Shown here one piece after another: positions 20,231-30,352 of a stretch of DNA of 64,000 bases. Each line of letters starts with the position of its first letter. Position 1 is the stretch's first letter. The translations under genes and the position numbers were made by a program. The notes under the pieces were generated by a model. That model did not search any database. It was not told where the DNA came from and was given only the letters and a program-made list of their open reading frames with translations. The stretch is from Limnohabitans sp. (GTDB lineage: Bacteria; Pseudomonadota; Gammaproteobacteria; Burkholderiales; Burkholderiaceae_C). The stretch spans positions 670-64,669 of the forward strand of contig SHXD01000010.1 of the NCBI GenBank assembly GCA_009693505.1, in the 5' to 3' direction.

Positions 20231-20247
20231 ATGCTGCACTGCAACAA
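20231..20247. promoter_or_regulatory. Repeat box 2, ATGCTGCACTGCAACAA (candidate PhaR-type operator)
   Basis: This is the second copy of the 17-bp box and lies about 90 bp upstream of the phasin ATG. Confidence 0.4.
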
Positions 20248-20337
20248 GATGTTAGGCCCAGCGACAAGCAAAGCCGGTTCAGAGCAGTCCCATTGATACT
20301 TTTTAGACTTTTAACTTTTTAAATTAACGGAGAAATC

Positions 20338-20880
20338 ATGATGACTACAGAACAAATCGTTGCTTCACACAAAGCCAATGTCGAAACCCTTTTCGGTTTG
20401 ACATCCAAAGCCTTCGAAGGCATGGAAAAATTGGTCGAGTTGAACTTGACAGCCACTAAAGCTGCATTGAGCGAGTCAGCTCACAGCACCAAAGCTGCAT
20501 TGAGCGTGAAAGACGCCCAAGAATTGATGGCTTTGCAAGCCAACCTGTTCCAGCCTTTGGCTGAGAAAACAGCTGCTTACAGCCGTCACCTCTATGACAT
20601 CGCTTCTGGCACTTCTAACGAATTCACAAAAACTTTGGAAGCCCAAACAGCTGCTGCTCAAAAGCAGTTCGCTAATTTGGTTGACTCTACAACTTCAAAC
20701 GCCCCTGCTGGCTCTGAGACAGCTGTTGCCATGATGAAAAGCGCCGTGAACGCCGCTAACAATGCTTACGAATCAGTTCAAAAAGCTGTGAAGCAAGCCA
20801 CTGACATGGCTGAAGCCAACATGGCTGCTGTGACCAACACAGCCGTTGCAACTGCTAAGACAGCTGCTAAAAAGCGTTAA
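20338..20880 (+). CDS. phaP: Phasin (PHA granule-associated protein)
   Basis: The protein is Ala-rich and helical. Its N-terminus, [40 protein letters not shown], is typical of the phasin family. Confidence 0.88.
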   Translation: MMTTEQIVASHKANVETLFGLTSKAFEGMEKLVELNLTATKAALSESAHSTKAALSVKDAQELMALQANLFQPLAEKTAAYSRHLYDIASGTSNEFTKTLEAQTAAAQKQFANLVDSTTSNAPAGSETAVAMMKSAVNAANNAYESVQKAVKQATDMAEANMAAVTNTAVATAKTAAKKR

Positions 20881-20927
20881 TTAACGCCCTGTGCAAAAGG
20901 CCTGAGTCTCTCTGGCCTTTCTCTGAC

Positions 20928-20957
20928 AAAAAAGCCGGTTTTAGAACCGGCTTTTTT
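20928..20957. terminator. Bidirectional rho-independent terminator between the phasin and patatin genes
   Basis: AAAAAAGCCGGTT-TTAG-AACCGGCTTTTTT has an A-run and a T-run flanking a 7-bp GC-rich stem. A second hairpin lies at 20896..20920. Confidence 0.8.
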
Positions 20958-20979
20958 GTTTCTGACTTTCAAGCCATGT

Positions 20980-22065
20980 TCACGGCTTCGCTGCATAGCC
21001 ACTCAAGACTTCTTTCAGCTTTGGCATGGCTTTGAGCATCGCCTCCCTGCCCGCCTCGATGGACTTTCGCCTGGCCGCAAAGTCAGCACTCTTGACACCC
21101 ATCAATGCCGGTTTGACCACCACATCGGCATCTTTCAACAAAACGGTGTTCAAGCTTTTGCCCATGATGTTGAAGGTCTGCATCAATATTTGAAACGTAT
21201 CCGATGCGGGGCTGCCTTCGGGGTCAGTGGAAATATCAACGGCGATGACCACATTGGCACCCATTTCACGCGCCTGCCGAACTGGAACAGGTGAAACCAA
21301 GCCACCATCAACATACTCTCTGGTGCCAATTTTGACGGGTTGAAATACAGCCGGCACAGCGCTAGAGGCCCTCACAGCTGAGCCAGTGTTGCCTCTTCGA
21401 AACAGCATGGGTTCGCCGTTGTGCAGATCAGTGGCCACAATGCCCAAGGGTATTTTCATTTGCTCAATCAAGCGCCCTGCCACTTGTGTATTCACGTATC
21501 GCGCCAAGGCTTCGCCTCTTAACGCGCCCCGATTCAGAATGGGCATCATCCAATCTGTAATTTCCGCCTCTTCCATGGTCTCCGCCACACGCTTCAGTTG
21601 GGCGCTGTTTTTGCCACTGGCGTACAAAGCGGCAACCAAGCTGCCAGCCGACGTGCCTACAACCAAATCGGGCTGAATGCCAGCCTCTTCCAATACTTGA
21701 ATGACGCCTACGTGTGCAAATCCTCTGGCTGCGCCCCCACCTAGAGCCAAGCCCAAATGCAAAACTTTAAGGGGCACGACAGGTTCAATCGCGATGGGTA
21801 CGACAGGGGTTGTGCCTGTCATGGGTGCCTCAATAGCACCAGGCGTTTTGACAACATTTGTCTCCGGCGCTTTGACACTGGCACAGCCTGTCAAAATAAG
21901 TACACCGATCAAACTCATGCGGCACGCAATGAGCTTGAGCACCTCTGGCCAAACAGGGATTGACCCTAAGGGCCATGGCTTCACTTGCATAATGTCGAAT
22001 CTAATTTTGAAATGCATTGGTTTTAATGGAACACCTTCAACAAACAACTTTGCCGCGTTGGCCAA
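20980..22065 (-). CDS. Patatin-like phospholipase (RssA-like), probable lipoprotein
   Basis: The motifs GLALGGGAARGFAHVGV...GTSAGS give the patatin oxyanion hole and the GxSxG nucleophile. MSLIGVLILTGCAS is lipobox-like, so the true start is probably internal (around 21918). Confidence 0.82.
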   Translation of the reverse strand: MANAAKLFVEGVPLKPMHFKIRFDIMQVKPWPLGSIPVWPEVLKLIACRMSLIGVLILTGCASVKAPETNVVKTPGAIEAPMTGTTPVVPIAIEPVVPLKVLHLGLALGGGAARGFAHVGVIQVLEEAGIQPDLVVGTSAGSLVAALYASGKNSAQLKRVAETMEEAEITDWMMPILNRGALRGEALARYVNTQVAGRLIEQMKIPLGIVATDLHNGEPMLFRRGNTGSAVRASSAVPAVFQPVKIGTREYVDGGLVSPVPVRQAREMGANVVIAVDISTDPEGSPASDTFQILMQTFNIMGKSLNTVLLKDADVVVKPALMGVKSADFAARRKSIEAGREAMLKAMPKLKEVLSGYAAKP

Positions 22066-22079
22066 AGGGGTTCATTGCG

Positions 22080-22475
22080 ATGGGCGCTTTCATGGCAGCC
22101 CTGTCGGTCATTGCGTCGGCTTACGCTTCGCATGGCAACAGTTTAATCGGCAGTTCACCCGCCATGGTTCAAGCCAGCTTGAACTTGCTGCAATTTCATT
22201 CAATTGGCCTTATTTTGGTGGGCATCTTGGGACAATCTAGGCCGAGCCAAAAACGCCTGCTGGCTGCAGGCGTTTTGTTCTTGCTAGGTTGCTTGATGTT
22301 TTCGATCAACATTCTGATTCGCGCATGGTATGACGTCCAAACTTTCAGGAGCTTGGTGCCTTGGGGTGGCACCTGTTTCATCCTAGGATGGTTGGCGTTT
22401 GCCTTGGCCTATGTGCGCAAAAGCCCGCAACTTAAGCCGCCACCGGCGTCCGAATCAGGTGATCAAACGCGCTGA
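22080..22475 (+). CDS. DUF423 (YgdD-like) small membrane protein
   Basis: The protein has four hydrophobic segments and the pattern [19 protein letters not shown]...[12 protein letters not shown] typical of DUF423. The ATG is at 22080. Confidence 0.7.
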   Translation: MGAFMAALSVIASAYASHGNSLIGSSPAMVQASLNLLQFHSIGLILVGILGQSRPSQKRLLAAGVLFLLGCLMFSINILIRAWYDVQTFRSLVPWGGTCFILGWLAFALAYVRKSPQLKPPPASESGDQTR

Positions 22476-23997
22476 GTGCCGCCTTGGCACCGTCGCCAGC
22501 TGCAATCACAATTTGTTTGAAAGGCACTGTGGTGCAATCGCCCGCGGCAAACACGCCTGGCACATTGGTGTGGCCTTTGGCATCGACCACAATTTCGCCA
22601 AACCTGGACAGCTCTAATGTGTCTTTCAAGAACTCGGTGTTGGGAATCAAACCAATTTGGACAAACACACCTTCCAAGGCAATGTGCTGCTCTTGGCCAG
22701 TGACACGTTCTTTAAAGCGAATGCCATTCACGACACTGCCGTCACCTGTAATTTCGGTGGTCTGAGCGTTGGTGTGCACGGTCACGTTGGCCAAGCTGTT
22801 GAGCTTGTTGACCAACACGGCATCGGCTTTGAGCTGGTCGGCAAATTCAATGACGGTGACATGCGCCACGATGCCTGCCAAATCGATGGCGGCTTCAATG
22901 CCAGAGTTACCCCCGCCAATGACGGCAGTGCGTTTGCCTTTGAACAAGGGACCATCGCAATGCGGGCAATAGGCTACGCCTTTGTTTTTGTACTCTTGCT
23001 CGCCAGGCACATTGACATTGCGCCAGCGTGCGCCGGTCGACAAAATGACCGTGCGGGCTTTCAAGACGCCACCGTTTTCCATTTGTACCTGAATCAGACC
23101 ACCCTCTTGTTCAGCAGGAACTATTTTTGAAGCGCGCTGCAAATTCATGATATCGGCACCATACTGGCGCACCTGGGCTTCCAAGGCTGCGCCAAATTTG
23201 GGGCCATCGGTTTCCAAGACTGAAATGTAGTTTTCAATCGCCAAGGTGTCGTTCACCTGACCGCCAAAACGTTCTGCCGCCACACCCACGCGAATGCCTT
23301 TGCGTGCGGCATAAACGGCGGCTGCAGCGCCAGCAGGGCCACCGCCCACAATCAGCAGATCGAAATTTTCTTTGGCATTGATTTTGGTGGCTTCTCGGTC
23401 GGCAGAACCTGTATCAATTTTGGCCACAATTTCTTCCACCAACATGCGCCCTGAACCAAACACCTTGTCATTCAAAAACACCATGGGCACGGCCATGATT
23501 TCGCGCTCGGTCACTTCTTGTTGGAAGGCGCCGCCTTCAATGACCACGGTCTTCACTTTGGGATTGAAAATAGCCATAAGCGACAAAGCCTGAACCACGT
23601 CAGGGCAGTTGTGGCATGACAATGACATGTAAACCTCAAAATTGAAATCGCCGTCGATCGCCCTGATGGCGTCGAGCACTTCTTGTTCTACTTTGGGCGG
23701 ATGACCGCCCGTCCACAACAATGCCAAGACCAAGGATGTGAACTCATGTCCTAGTGGCAAGCCTGCAAATCGAACGCCTTGCGTTTCGCCTTCTCGGACC
23801 ACGACAAATGAGGGCGTACGGGCATCCGAACCCGATGTGTCCAACATCACTTTGTCTGACAAAGCCACGATGGTCTCTAGCAGGCTGCGCATCTCAATGC
23901 CGGTCTCGCTGTCGTCCAATGTGGCGATCAAGCGGATGGGGTTTCTCAGCATGCCCAAGTAGGTTTGCAATTGCGATTTGAGGGTGTCTTCTAACAT
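22432..23997 (-). CDS. ahpF: Alkyl hydroperoxide reductase subunit F
   Basis: 521 aa, with CHNCPD and CPHCDG redox centres and FAD/NAD GxGxxG motifs. Confidence 0.96.
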   Translation of the reverse strand: MLEDTLKSQLQTYLGMLRNPIRLIATLDDSETGIEMRSLLETIVALSDKVMLDTSGSDARTPSFVVVREGETQGVRFAGLPLGHEFTSLVLALLWTGGHPPKVEQEVLDAIRAIDGDFNFEVYMSLSCHNCPDVVQALSLMAIFNPKVKTVVIEGGAFQQEVTEREIMAVPMVFLNDKVFGSGRMLVEEIVAKIDTGSADREATKINAKENFDLLIVGGGPAGAAAAVYAARKGIRVGVAAERFGGQVNDTLAIENYISVLETDGPKFGAALEAQVRQYGADIMNLQRASKIVPAEQEGGLIQVQMENGGVLKARTVILSTGARWRNVNVPGEQEYKNKGVAYCPHCDGPLFKGKRTAVIGGGNSGIEAAIDLAGIVAHVTVIEFADQLKADAVLVNKLNSLANVTVHTNAQTTEITGDGSVVNGIRFKERVTGQEQHIALEGVFVQIGLIPNTEFLKDTLELSRFGEIVVDAKGHTNVPGVFAAGDCTTVPFKQIVIAAGDGAKAALSAFDHLIRTPVAA

Positions 23998-24055
23998 GGG
24001 GGGTTTTGTAATGCAATTTCAAATTCAAGTCGGTGCACTGCACAGGCTTACGCAC

Positions 24056-24078
24056 AAAGCCCTGAGATTCAGGGCTTT
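24056..24078 (-). terminator. Intercistronic hairpin (attenuator) between ahpC and ahpF
   Basis: A 9-bp stem AAAGCCCTG / CAGGGCTTT with a 5-nt loop. The T-tract on the minus strand is weak, so partial termination is more likely than full termination. Confidence 0.45.
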
Positions 24079-24103
24079 GAACTTTTCAGTAATGTGTCCG
24101 AAC

Positions 24104-24667
24104 TCAGATCTTGCCAACCAAGTCGAGCGAAGGTGTCAAAGTCTTAGCGCCTTCTTTCCACTTAGCAGGGCAAACTTGACCAGGGTTGGCTGCTGTGTAC
24201 TGAGCGGCAGTCAACTTGCGCAATGTTTCTGACACATCACGGGCGATTTCGTTGGAGTGCACTTCCATGGTCTTGATGGTGCCTTCTGGGTTGATGATGA
24301 AGGTACCGCGCAAAGCCAGGCCTTCTTCAGCAATGTGCACGCCAAACGCGTTGGTGAGGGTGTGTGTCGGGTCGCCAACCAATGGAAACTTGGCCTTGCC
24401 CACGGCAGGTGAAGTCTCGTGCCACACTTTGTGTGAAAAGTGGGTGTCGGTGGTCACAATGTAAACCTCGGCACCGGCTTTTTGGAAGGCTGGGTAGTTG
24501 TCAGCAGCGTCTTCAATTTCTGTGGGGCAATTGAAGGTGAAAGCGGCTGGCATGAAGATCAAAACAGACCACTTGCCTTTGAGGCAGGCGTCGGAAACTT
24601 CAATGAACTTGCCGTTGTGGAAAGCTTGTGTTTTGAAAGGCTGAACTTGCGTGTTGATGAGCGTCAT
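24104..24667 (-). CDS. ahpC: Peroxiredoxin AhpC (typical 2-Cys)
   Basis: 187 aa, with FTFNCPTEI (peroxidatic Cys) and a C-terminal GQVCPAKW (resolving Cys). Confidence 0.96.
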   Translation of the reverse strand: MTLINTQVQPFKTQAFHNGKFIEVSDACLKGKWSVLIFMPAAFTFNCPTEIEDAADNYPAFQKAGAEVYIVTTDTHFSHKVWHETSPAVGKAKFPLVGDPTHTLTNAFGVHIAEEGLALRGTFIINPEGTIKTMEVHSNEIARDVSETLRKLTAAQYTAANPGQVCPAKWKEGAKTLTPSLDLVGKI

Positions 24668-24804
24668 GGTGATACCTTGAAGATGTTTTAAAAAAATGCT
24701 TAATGAGAAAACTCATCAAGGCCTATCGTAAACCCTAATATCGACAACCCTGATTGGGATTACTTATGAGTGCGATAGTTTTCATTTGTATCACCCATGC
24801 ATAA

Positions 24805-24825
24805 TTGACGTTAACGTAACGTCAA
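24805..24825. promoter_or_regulatory. Perfect 9-3-9 palindrome TTGACGTTA-ACG-TAACGTCAA (candidate repressor operator)
   Basis: It lies 17 nt upstream of the SDR ATG and directly abuts a CATAAT -10-like hexamer at 24799..24804. Confidence 0.5.
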
Positions 24826-24842
24826 CTCATCAAGGGGTATTC

Positions 24843-25601
24843 ATGGACATCCAAGGCAAGGTTTTCATTGTGACGGGCGGCGCATCGGGTCTGGGCGAAG
24901 GCACAGCCCGCATGTTGGCGGCCCATGGCGGCAAAGTGGTCATTGCGGACATGCAGGCTGAAAAAGGCGAAGCCATCGCCAAAGAATTGGGCGGTGCTTT
25001 CGTCAAGTGCGACGTTAGCAACGAAGCCGACGGTCAAGCAGTGGTTGCCAAGGCTGTGTCGCTTGGCAAATTGGTGGGCTTGGTGAATTGTGCCGGCATC
25101 GCCCCTGCCGAAAAAACAGTGGGTAAGAATGGCGCGCATTCACTGGCCGTATTCAGCAAAACCATCACCGTCAATTTGATTGGCAGCTTCAACATGATTC
25201 GATTGGCCTCCGAGGCCATGTGCAAGAACGAACCCGAAGCCACAGGCGAGCGTGGCGTGATGATTTCCACCGCCTCCGTGGCTGCCTACGATGGTCAAAT
25301 TGGGCAGGCAGCTTACGCAGCATCCAAAGGCGGCGTAGTGGGCATGACACTGCCCATTGCACGCGACCTGGCGCGCAATGGCATTCGGAACATGACCATT
25401 GCCCCTGGCATTTTTGGCACGCCCATGGTGTTTGGCATGCCACAAGAATTGCAAGACGCATTGGCTGCAGCTGTCCCCTTCCCTAGCCGACTTGGTACAC
25501 CCAAAGACTATGCCAAATTGGTCAAGCACATTTTGGAAAATGACATGCTCAATGGCGAAGTGATTCGTTTGGATGGCGCCATTAGGCTCGCTCCAAAGTA
25601 A
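24843..25601 (+). CDS. SDR-family 3-hydroxyacyl-CoA dehydrogenase (type II HADH-like)
   Basis: The motifs [12 protein letters not shown] and YAASKGG are SDR motifs; 252 aa from the ATG at 24843. Confidence 0.85.
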   Translation: MDIQGKVFIVTGGASGLGEGTARMLAAHGGKVVIADMQAEKGEAIAKELGGAFVKCDVSNEADGQAVVAKAVSLGKLVGLVNCAGIAPAEKTVGKNGAHSLAVFSKTITVNLIGSFNMIRLASEAMCKNEPEATGERGVMISTASVAAYDGQIGQAAYAASKGGVVGMTLPIARDLARNGIRNMTIAPGIFGTPMVFGMPQELQDALAAAVPFPSRLGTPKDYAKLVKHILENDMLNGEVIRLDGAIRLAPK

Positions 25602-25637
25602 GTCATACTATTTGCCATTCAACACCTTAAGAGCAAT

Positions 25638-27473
25638 ATGAAGTTTTTGAAGTTAAGCTGCATCCAAAGAATTGCAGTCGGAGTTTTTGCTTTCTGCTTA
25701 AGCGCTTGCGCGTTACAACCCAAGAACTTCAACTACGCCACACCCGATCAACCTAACGACCCAGTGGGTTATCAAGAAAAACCAGGCTGGGCTACCCAAG
25801 GTTTTGCAGTGGCTGCGGCTAACCCCTTGGCCACCGATGCGGGTTACCAAATTCTCTTAGCGGGTGGCTCAGCCCTTGACGCTGCCATTGCGGTTCAAAT
25901 GGTCTTAACTTTGGTTGAACCCCAGTCAAGCGGCATCGGTGGTGGTGCTTTTGTGATGCACCACGATGGCAAAAAAGTGGAGGCCTACGATGGTCGTGAA
26001 ACAGCCCCTTTGGCCGCTACAGAAAAACTTTTTTTAGATACCCAAGGCACGCCTCTGTCCTTCATGGACGGTGTTGTCAGTGGCTTGTCGGTAGGCGTTC
26101 CTGGCACCCTCACAGTGCTTGAAATGGCGCACAAAGAACATGGGAAATTGCCTTGGGCCACATTGATACAGCCCGTCATTCACCTGGCAGAGGAAGGCTT
26201 CAAGCTCAGCCCTCGCTTGCATAGCGCGTTGTTGGCTGAAAATGATTTAATCAAAGATCCTGTCGCCGCAAGTTACTTTTACGATGCACAGGGCAAACCA
26301 TATCCCATCGGTCATATTTTGAAAAACCCCGAGTTGGCAGCGGTCATGCGCGATATTGCCAAGCGCGGATCGCAAGCCTTGAAGGACGGCCCTGTGGCCG
26401 AAGCTTTGGTGAAAAAAGTTCGACAACATCCCACACGCCCAGGCAGTATGACGCTGCAAGATTTGGGCAATTACAAAGCAAAAAAACGCGAGCCCCTGTG
26501 TTTTGATCATGCGGTTCAAACTACTGGGAAAATTTATCAGCTCTGCGGTTTTCCACCACCCAGTTCTGGCACCTTGGTCATAGGACAAATGTTGGGAATC
26601 TTGAACAACACCCCTGCAGGAAAAATGCAACTTGAGCAAGGTCTTCCTTCAGCCGCTTGGTTGCACTTCTACACAGAAGCCGCACGTTTGGCTTTTGCAG
26701 ATCGTGGTCAATTTGTAGGTGACCCCGACTTTGTACAAGCCCCTGGCGGCGATTGGCGAACACTTTGGAATGCCAACTATCTTAAACAGCGTAGCAGTTT
26801 AATTGGTGCTCAAAGTATGAAGGTGGCACAACCTGGCAACCCTGTTGGCACCAAGTCTGCCTTTGCACCCATGCCGGCCCAAGAAGAATATGGCACCAGC
26901 CACATCAGCGTGATTGACAAGCAAGGCAATGCAGTGGCCATGTCTACTACCATTGAGGCTGTCTTTGGTTCTAGAAACATGGTCAATTCAGGCCAAGGCA
27001 GGCACGGTGGTTTCTTGCTGAACAATGAGCTGACCGATTTCAGTTATGCACCTGCAGATGCCAAAGGGATGCCCATTGCCAATCGGGTTGAAGGTGGCAA
27101 ACGGCCGCGATCCTCTATGTCACCTACTTTGGTGTTTGAGAAAGACACCGGCCAATTAAAAATGACAGGCGGCAGCCCCGGTGGTGCCGTCATCATTAAC
27201 TACACAACCAAGCTTTTGATTGGCACCTTGCAATGGGGTTTGAACACCCAGCAGGCCATTAGCTTGCCCAACTTCAGCTCTCTGAATGGCCCCACTATTT
27301 TGGAAGAGAAACGCTATCCCGAAAGCACCATCAAAGCCTTGCAGTCCAAGGGGCATGATGTGCGTGAAACGCCTTTGCCAAGCGGCTTACAGGCCATTGA
27401 GGTGACCCCCACAGGATTCTTTGGTGGCGCAGATCCACGGCGCGAAGGTGTGGTGATGGGGCCCAAACCGTAA
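25638..27473 (+). CDS. ggt: Gamma-glutamyltransferase
   Basis: 611 aa, with a signal peptide/lipobox (FCLSAC) and the autoprocessing region EEYGTSHISVIDKQGNAV (catalytic Thr). Confidence 0.93.
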   Translation: MKFLKLSCIQRIAVGVFAFCLSACALQPKNFNYATPDQPNDPVGYQEKPGWATQGFAVAAANPLATDAGYQILLAGGSALDAAIAVQMVLTLVEPQSSGIGGGAFVMHHDGKKVEAYDGRETAPLAATEKLFLDTQGTPLSFMDGVVSGLSVGVPGTLTVLEMAHKEHGKLPWATLIQPVIHLAEEGFKLSPRLHSALLAENDLIKDPVAASYFYDAQGKPYPIGHILKNPELAAVMRDIAKRGSQALKDGPVAEALVKKVRQHPTRPGSMTLQDLGNYKAKKREPLCFDHAVQTTGKIYQLCGFPPPSSGTLVIGQMLGILNNTPAGKMQLEQGLPSAAWLHFYTEAARLAFADRGQFVGDPDFVQAPGGDWRTLWNANYLKQRSSLIGAQSMKVAQPGNPVGTKSAFAPMPAQEEYGTSHISVIDKQGNAVAMSTTIEAVFGSRNMVNSGQGRHGGFLLNNELTDFSYAPADAKGMPIANRVEGGKRPRSSMSPTLVFEKDTGQLKMTGGSPGGAVIINYTTKLLIGTLQWGLNTQQAISLPNFSSLNGPTILEEKRYPESTIKALQSKGHDVRETPLPSGLQAIEVTPTGFFGGADPRREGVVMGPKP

Positions 27474-27495
27474 ACCTACCTCAGCCAAGTCCTTC

Positions 27496-27537
27496 GAAAA
27501 AAAGAGTCCTTCCCGCTAGGGTTGGACTCTTTTTTTG
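27496..27537. terminator. Bidirectional terminator between ggt and acs
   Basis: The AAAAAAAGAGTCC...GGACTCTTTTTTT stem is flanked by A- and T-runs. Confidence 0.75.
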
Positions 27538-27559
27538 TTAAGCGATAAGTTTTGTTAAA

Positions 27560-29521
27560 TCAATACGTTTGACCCAGCTGCCCCAAGATGGCTGGGTTTT
27601 CCAAAGTGCTGATGTCTTGCGTAATCTCTTCGCCTTTGGCCAAACTGCGCAGCAAACGGCGCATGATTTTGCCGGAGCGAGTCTTGGGCAAATTCTCGCC
27701 AAAGCGAATGTCCTTGGGCTTGGCAATGGGGCCAATTTCTTTGGCAATGTGATCGCGCAATTGTTTGGCGATGGCCTTGCCTTCGTCACCTGTGGGCAAG
27801 GGGCGCTTCAGCACCACAAACGCACAAATGGCTTCGCCGGTGGTGTCATCTGGACGCCCCACCACCGCAGCTTCAGCCACGAGCTCGGTACAACTGACCA
27901 AAGCAGATTCAATTTCCATGGTGCCCATGCGGTGGCCTGACACATTCAGCACGTCATCAATGCGACCGGTGATGGTGAAATAACCAGATTTAGCATCGCA
28001 AATAGCGCCATCACCGGCCAAGTAGTACTTGCCTTGGAAGTCGGCTGGGTAGTAGCTCTTGATGAAGCGATCGGGGTCACCCCAGATGGTGCGAATCATG
28101 GAAGGCCATGGGCGCTTGACCACCAAGATACCGCCTTGGCCGTTGGGCATGTCTTTGCCAGTTTCGTCCACGATGCCGGCTTGAATACCTGGGAAAGGCA
28201 AAGTGCAAGAACCAGGCACCATGGGTGTGACGCCAGGTAAGGGTGTGATCATGTGACCACCGGTTTCGGTTTGCCAGAAGGTGTCCACAATGGGGCAATT
28301 GCCGCCACCCACATGCTTGTGATACCACTCCCAAGCTGCAGGATTGATGGGCTCGCCCACAGAACCTAGCAAGCGCAAACTTGTCAGGTCGTAGCTCTTT
28401 GGATGCACCTCATCTTTGGCTTCAGCCGCTTTGATCAAAGAACGAATGGCGGTAGGCGCTGTGTAGAAAATAGAGACCTTGTGGTCTTGAATCATTTTCC
28501 AAAATCGGCCAGCGTCAGGAAATGTAGGCACCCCTTCAAACACAATTTCTGTACCGCCCAAAGCCAAGGGACCATAGGTGATGTAGGTGTGGCCTGTGAC
28601 CCAACCGATGTCGGCCGTGCACCAGAACACGTCGTCTTGTTTCAAGTCGAAGGTCCACTTGGTGGTGAGGGCCGCGTGCAACAAATAGCCGCCGGTAGAG
28701 TGTTGAACACCCTTGGGCTTGCCTGTAGAGCCAGATGTGTAGAGCAAGAACAAGGGATGCTCAGCGCCCACCCACTCTGGCTCGCAGGTGCTGGCTTGCT
28801 TGGCCAGCAAGTCGTGCATCCAAATGTCGCGACCTGCAATCATGGCCACATCGGCGCCGCTGCGCTTCACCACCAATACGCTCTTGATACTGTCGCAACC
28901 GCCCAAGGCCAGCGCATCGTCCACAATCGATTTCAAAGGCAATTGTTTGCCACCGCGAATTTGATGGTCGGCTGTGATAACAGCTTTGGCGCCAGTGTCT
29001 TCAATGCGATCGCGCAAAGACTGGGCTGAGAAACCACCGAACACCACGGAGTGTGTGGCACCAATGCGGGCGCAAGCTTGCATGGCCGCCACGCCATCAA
29101 TGGACATGGAGATATAGATGATGACGCGGTCGCCTTTTTCAATGCCGATGGATTTGAGGCCGTTGGCCATTTGACATGTTTTGGCAAGCAATTCGCTGTA
29201 AGTGATGCGTGTGATTTCACCGCCGTCGGCTTCAAAAATGAGGGCGGTTTTATTGCCGAGGCCTTTTTCCACATTGCGGTCTAGGCAGTTGTACGAAGCA
29301 TTCAGGGTGCCGTCTTCAAACCATTTGAAGAAAGGCGCTTTGGATTCATCCAAAACCTTGGTGAAAGGCGTTTTCCAAGAAATGAACTCTTTTGCCAGCC
29401 GAGCCCAGTAGCCTTCGTAATCGGTTTCAGCCTCTTTGCAAAGGGCTTGGTAAGCTGGCATGCCTGAGATATGGGCATTTTTAACGAAGTCAGCACTGGG
29501 CTGGTAAAGGGTGGCGCTCAT
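27560..29521 (-). CDS. acs: Acetyl-CoA synthetase
   Basis: 653 aa, with [11 protein letters not shown], the C-terminal [11 protein letters not shown] motif and the characteristic Acs N-terminus. Confidence 0.96.
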   Translation of the reverse strand: MSATLYQPSADFVKNAHISGMPAYQALCKEAETDYEGYWARLAKEFISWKTPFTKVLDESKAPFFKWFEDGTLNASYNCLDRNVEKGLGNKTALIFEADGGEITRITYSELLAKTCQMANGLKSIGIEKGDRVIIYISMSIDGVAAMQACARIGATHSVVFGGFSAQSLRDRIEDTGAKAVITADHQIRGGKQLPLKSIVDDALALGGCDSIKSVLVVKRSGADVAMIAGRDIWMHDLLAKQASTCEPEWVGAEHPLFLLYTSGSTGKPKGVQHSTGGYLLHAALTTKWTFDLKQDDVFWCTADIGWVTGHTYITYGPLALGGTEIVFEGVPTFPDAGRFWKMIQDHKVSIFYTAPTAIRSLIKAAEAKDEVHPKSYDLTSLRLLGSVGEPINPAAWEWYHKHVGGGNCPIVDTFWQTETGGHMITPLPGVTPMVPGSCTLPFPGIQAGIVDETGKDMPNGQGGILVVKRPWPSMIRTIWGDPDRFIKSYYPADFQGKYYLAGDGAICDAKSGYFTITGRIDDVLNVSGHRMGTMEIESALVSCTELVAEAAVVGRPDDTTGEAICAFVVLKRPLPTGDEGKAIAKQLRDHIAKEIGPIAKPKDIRFGENLPKTRSGKIMRRLLRSLAKGEEITQDISTLENPAILGQLGQTY

Positions 29522-29680
29522 GGTGTGTCTCCTAGGGAACTTATTCGAGTGACTGGTGCTGAATGTCGTGCTTGGCTCTTACAAAGCCCTGACTGACAGT
29601 ATTCTTTCATATCTTGTCGAAACCGACACATTTATGCAAAGGCACGGCTTTAAAATCAAACAAACTCACAAAGATCATCC

Positions 29681-30283
29681 ATGGCTTCAAACCACCAACC
29701 CCACCCCGAAAAAGCGGCCCTCCGCCCCTTGCCCAAGCTGATTTTTGCCAGCCGGTGGCTGCAACTTCCCCTTTACCTTGGCTTGATTTTGGCGCAGGGT
29801 GTTTATGTGTTCCATTTTTGGGTGGAGTTGGTGCATCTTTTGGAAGCCGTATTTGGCAGTCAAACAGCCCTTCAAGCTTTGATCTCTGGCATTGGTTACA
29901 AAGTCGACGCCCCCATCACGCAATTGAACGAGACCATCATCATGCTTGTCGTCTTGGCGCTTATTGACGTGGTCATGATCTCAAACCTGCTCATCATGGT
30001 CATTGTGGGTGGCTACGAAACATTTGTGTCGCGCATGGATTTAGAAGGCCATCCCGATCAACCAGAATGGCTGAGTCATGTGAATGCGTCTGTTTTGAAA
30101 GTGAAATTGGGCACCGCCATCATCGGCATCAGTTCCATTCACTTGCTCAAAACGTTTATCAATGCAGCCAACTACACCGAGCAAGTGCTGATGTGGCAAA
30201 CCATCATTCACATCACCTTCCTGCTCAGTGCATTGGCCATTGCCTACACCGACAAGCTGATGTCACACCACAACAAACAATGA
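29681..30283 (+). CDS. yqhA: UPF0114 (YqhA/TIGR00645) membrane protein
   Basis: FASRWLQLPLYLGLILAQGVYVFHF is typical of the family; 200 aa. Confidence 0.75.
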   Translation: MASNHQPHPEKAALRPLPKLIFASRWLQLPLYLGLILAQGVYVFHFWVELVHLLEAVFGSQTALQALISGIGYKVDAPITQLNETIIMLVVLALIDVVMISNLLIMVIVGGYETFVSRMDLEGHPDQPEWLSHVNASVLKVKLGTAIIGISSIHLLKTFINAANYTEQVLMWQTIIHITFLLSALAIAYTDKLMSHHNKQ

Positions 30284-30352
30284 AAGCATTGAACAGGCAG
30301 CTTTCAGCACCTGTATTCTGAAAATTTAAATAAGACCTCGCGAAAGAAATAC

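Noticed and set aside
20980-22065. The patatin-like phospholipase as a CBASS-type defence effector.
   Set aside because: No cyclase/nucleotidyltransferase or other CBASS gene is adjacent. It has a lipoprotein signal and sits next to a phasin gene, which is consistent with an ordinary RssA-like lipase.
24668-24800. An OxyR operator upstream of ahpC.
   Set aside because: I found only the inverted hexamers CTATCG...CGATAG, about 44 nt apart (around 24723..24778). They do not fit the ATAG-N7-CTAT-N7-ATAG-N7-CTAT spacing by eye, so I make no call.
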